Source: Mobula hypostoma (lineage: Eukaryota). From it: a stretch of 64,000 nucleotides of DNA. Where the stretch lies: contig NC_086097.1 of NCBI RefSeq assembly GCF_963921235.1, positions 32,800,001-32,864,000 of the forward strand. Direction: 5' to 3'. Within the stretch, counting starts at the first letter, position 1, and each line of letters starts with the position of its first letter. This document shows, one piece after another, positions 62,651 to 64,000 of the stretch. A model generated the notes under the pieces. That model did no database searches. It saw only the letters and a program-made list of their open reading frames with translations, and was not told where the DNA came from. The position numbers were made by a program, and so were the translations under genes.

Positions 62651-63000
62651 CCTGTATCTGCAGATGTGTGACAACCACAAACCAATTACCAATAATTAGC
62701 TGTTAAACAGCATGTGGCTCCTTAGCCCTTGACCCTGGAACCAGAGTAACTTTGCTTCTCTGGGTAACAAGGGTTGGCCGATAAACTGTGGCCGCAGCAC
62801 CAGCGAACTGGAATGGGTTTATTATTGTCACACGCAGTGAAAAGCTGGCCTTACATGCTGTACACACAGATCACTTAATTGAGGCAGAACAAGGGACAAG
62901 GAACAGAACACAGAATACAGTGCAGCAGCTGCAGAGAAGATGCAGCGCAGGGAAACAAAGTCCAAGATCATGGAGGCAGTTGGAAAGTCAAGCTCAGAGT

Positions 63001-63210
63001 GGCACAGTGGCACAGCAGTCAATATAACGCTTTATAACGCCAGCAACCTGGGTTTGGTTCAATTCCCGCTGCTGCCTGCAAGGAGTTTGCACATTCTCCC
63101 CGTGACCGTGTGGGTTCTGCTCCAGGTCCCTACCATGCTCTGAAGATTTACAGGTTAGGATTAGCAAGTGGTGGGTATGAAACATGGTAACCTTGCAGGC
63201 TGCCCCCAGC
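63001..63210 (+). mobile_element. tRNA-derived V-SINE (HE1-like)
   Basis: A-box-like gtggcacagcag, B-box-like ggttcaattccc, and V-domain gagtttgcacattctccccgtgaccgtgtgggtt. Confidence 0.7.
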
Positions 63211-63212
63211 AC

Positions 63213-63600
63213 ATAGAAAACCTACAGCACAATACAGGCCCTTCGGCCCACAAAGCTGTGCCGAACATGTCCTTAACTTAGAACTACCTAGGGCTTTACC
63301 CATAGCCCTCTATTTTGCTAAGCTCCATGCATCCATCCAGGAGTCTCTTAAAAGACCCCATTGTTTCCGCCTCCACCACTGCCGCCGGCAGCCCATTCCA
63401 CACACTCACCACCCTCTGCACAAAAAAATTACCCCTGACATCTCTGTACCTACTTCCAAGCACCTTAAAACTATGCCCTCTTGTGCTAGCCATTTCAGCC
63501 CTGGGGAAAAGCCTCTGACTATCCACACCATCAATGCCTCTCATTATCTTGTACACCTCCATCAGGTCACCTCTCATTATCTTGTACACCTCTCATCCTC
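63213..63600 (-). mobile_element. CR1 3' fragment
   Basis: EVYKIMRGIDGVDSQRLFP..TRGHSFKV..FFVQRVVSVWNGLP. Confidence 0.85.
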
Positions 63601-63624
63601 CGTCACTCATATCCTCGGACTATG

Positions 63625-64000
63625 GTCAATGTTGACACATTTTACGGTATGTTTCAATGTACATGTGACAAGTAAGGCTCATCTTTAATATCATTGTATT
63701 GCGGAACCATCCAATAGACATAACAGTGGGACAGAAGCAGTCCTTGAGCCTGCTGGTACGTGCTTTCAGGGTTTTGGTCAATGGGAGCGGGGAAACATCC
63801 TGGGAGGGTGGGGTCTTTGACTGTGCTGGTTGCTCTACTGAGCCAGTGAAAAGTTTAGACAGAGTCCACGGTGGTGAGACTGTTTTTGGTGATAGGCTGA
63901 GATGTGACCACAGCTCACTGTGGTCTCTGGTGCAGAGTGGTGGAGGGAGCATAGAGGCTTGTTCTGGCCTTGCTGGTGCAACACACGGTGGGTGTGATGC
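63625..64000 (-). mobile_element. Rex1/Babar 3' fragment
   Basis: LKARTSRLKDCFCPTV followed by 3' UTR. Confidence 0.65.

Noticed and set aside
63537..63600. Short direct duplication in CR1 (cctctcattatcttgtacacctc x2)
   Set aside because: Ordinary local slippage or 5'-junction duplication.

Overview
Eukaryotic (vertebrate) genomic DNA, most likely from a cartilaginous fish. That taxon is inferred from the HE1/V-SINE, CR1 3' ends, Rex1, Hero and hammerhead-bearing Penelope content. Bases ~1-54.6 kb are almost entirely decayed transposable elements: L2, Rex1/Babar, RTE, RTE-X, five L1s, Nimb/I, Hero, Penelope, three Gypsy lineages, two solo LTRs and Tc1. Nearly all lie on the + strand. They include a 28-kb nest that target-site duplications and reading-frame continuity resolve into seven levels (Tc1 > RTE > sushi-type Gypsy > L1-A > L1-B > L1-C > L1-D). 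Bases ~56.9-60.6 kb hold two phase-compatible exons that look like the last coding exons of an unidentified host gene on the - strand (C-terminus ...NLNDVGYQIRV*), and its introns carry mixed-orientation CR1/SINE fragments. The TE block therefore lies directly downstream of, and antisense to, this gene. That is the architecture expected of a read-through-fed unistrand piRNA cluster, which remains a hypothesis. No intact TE or recognisable named gene is present. Boundaries without a stated TSD are approximate.
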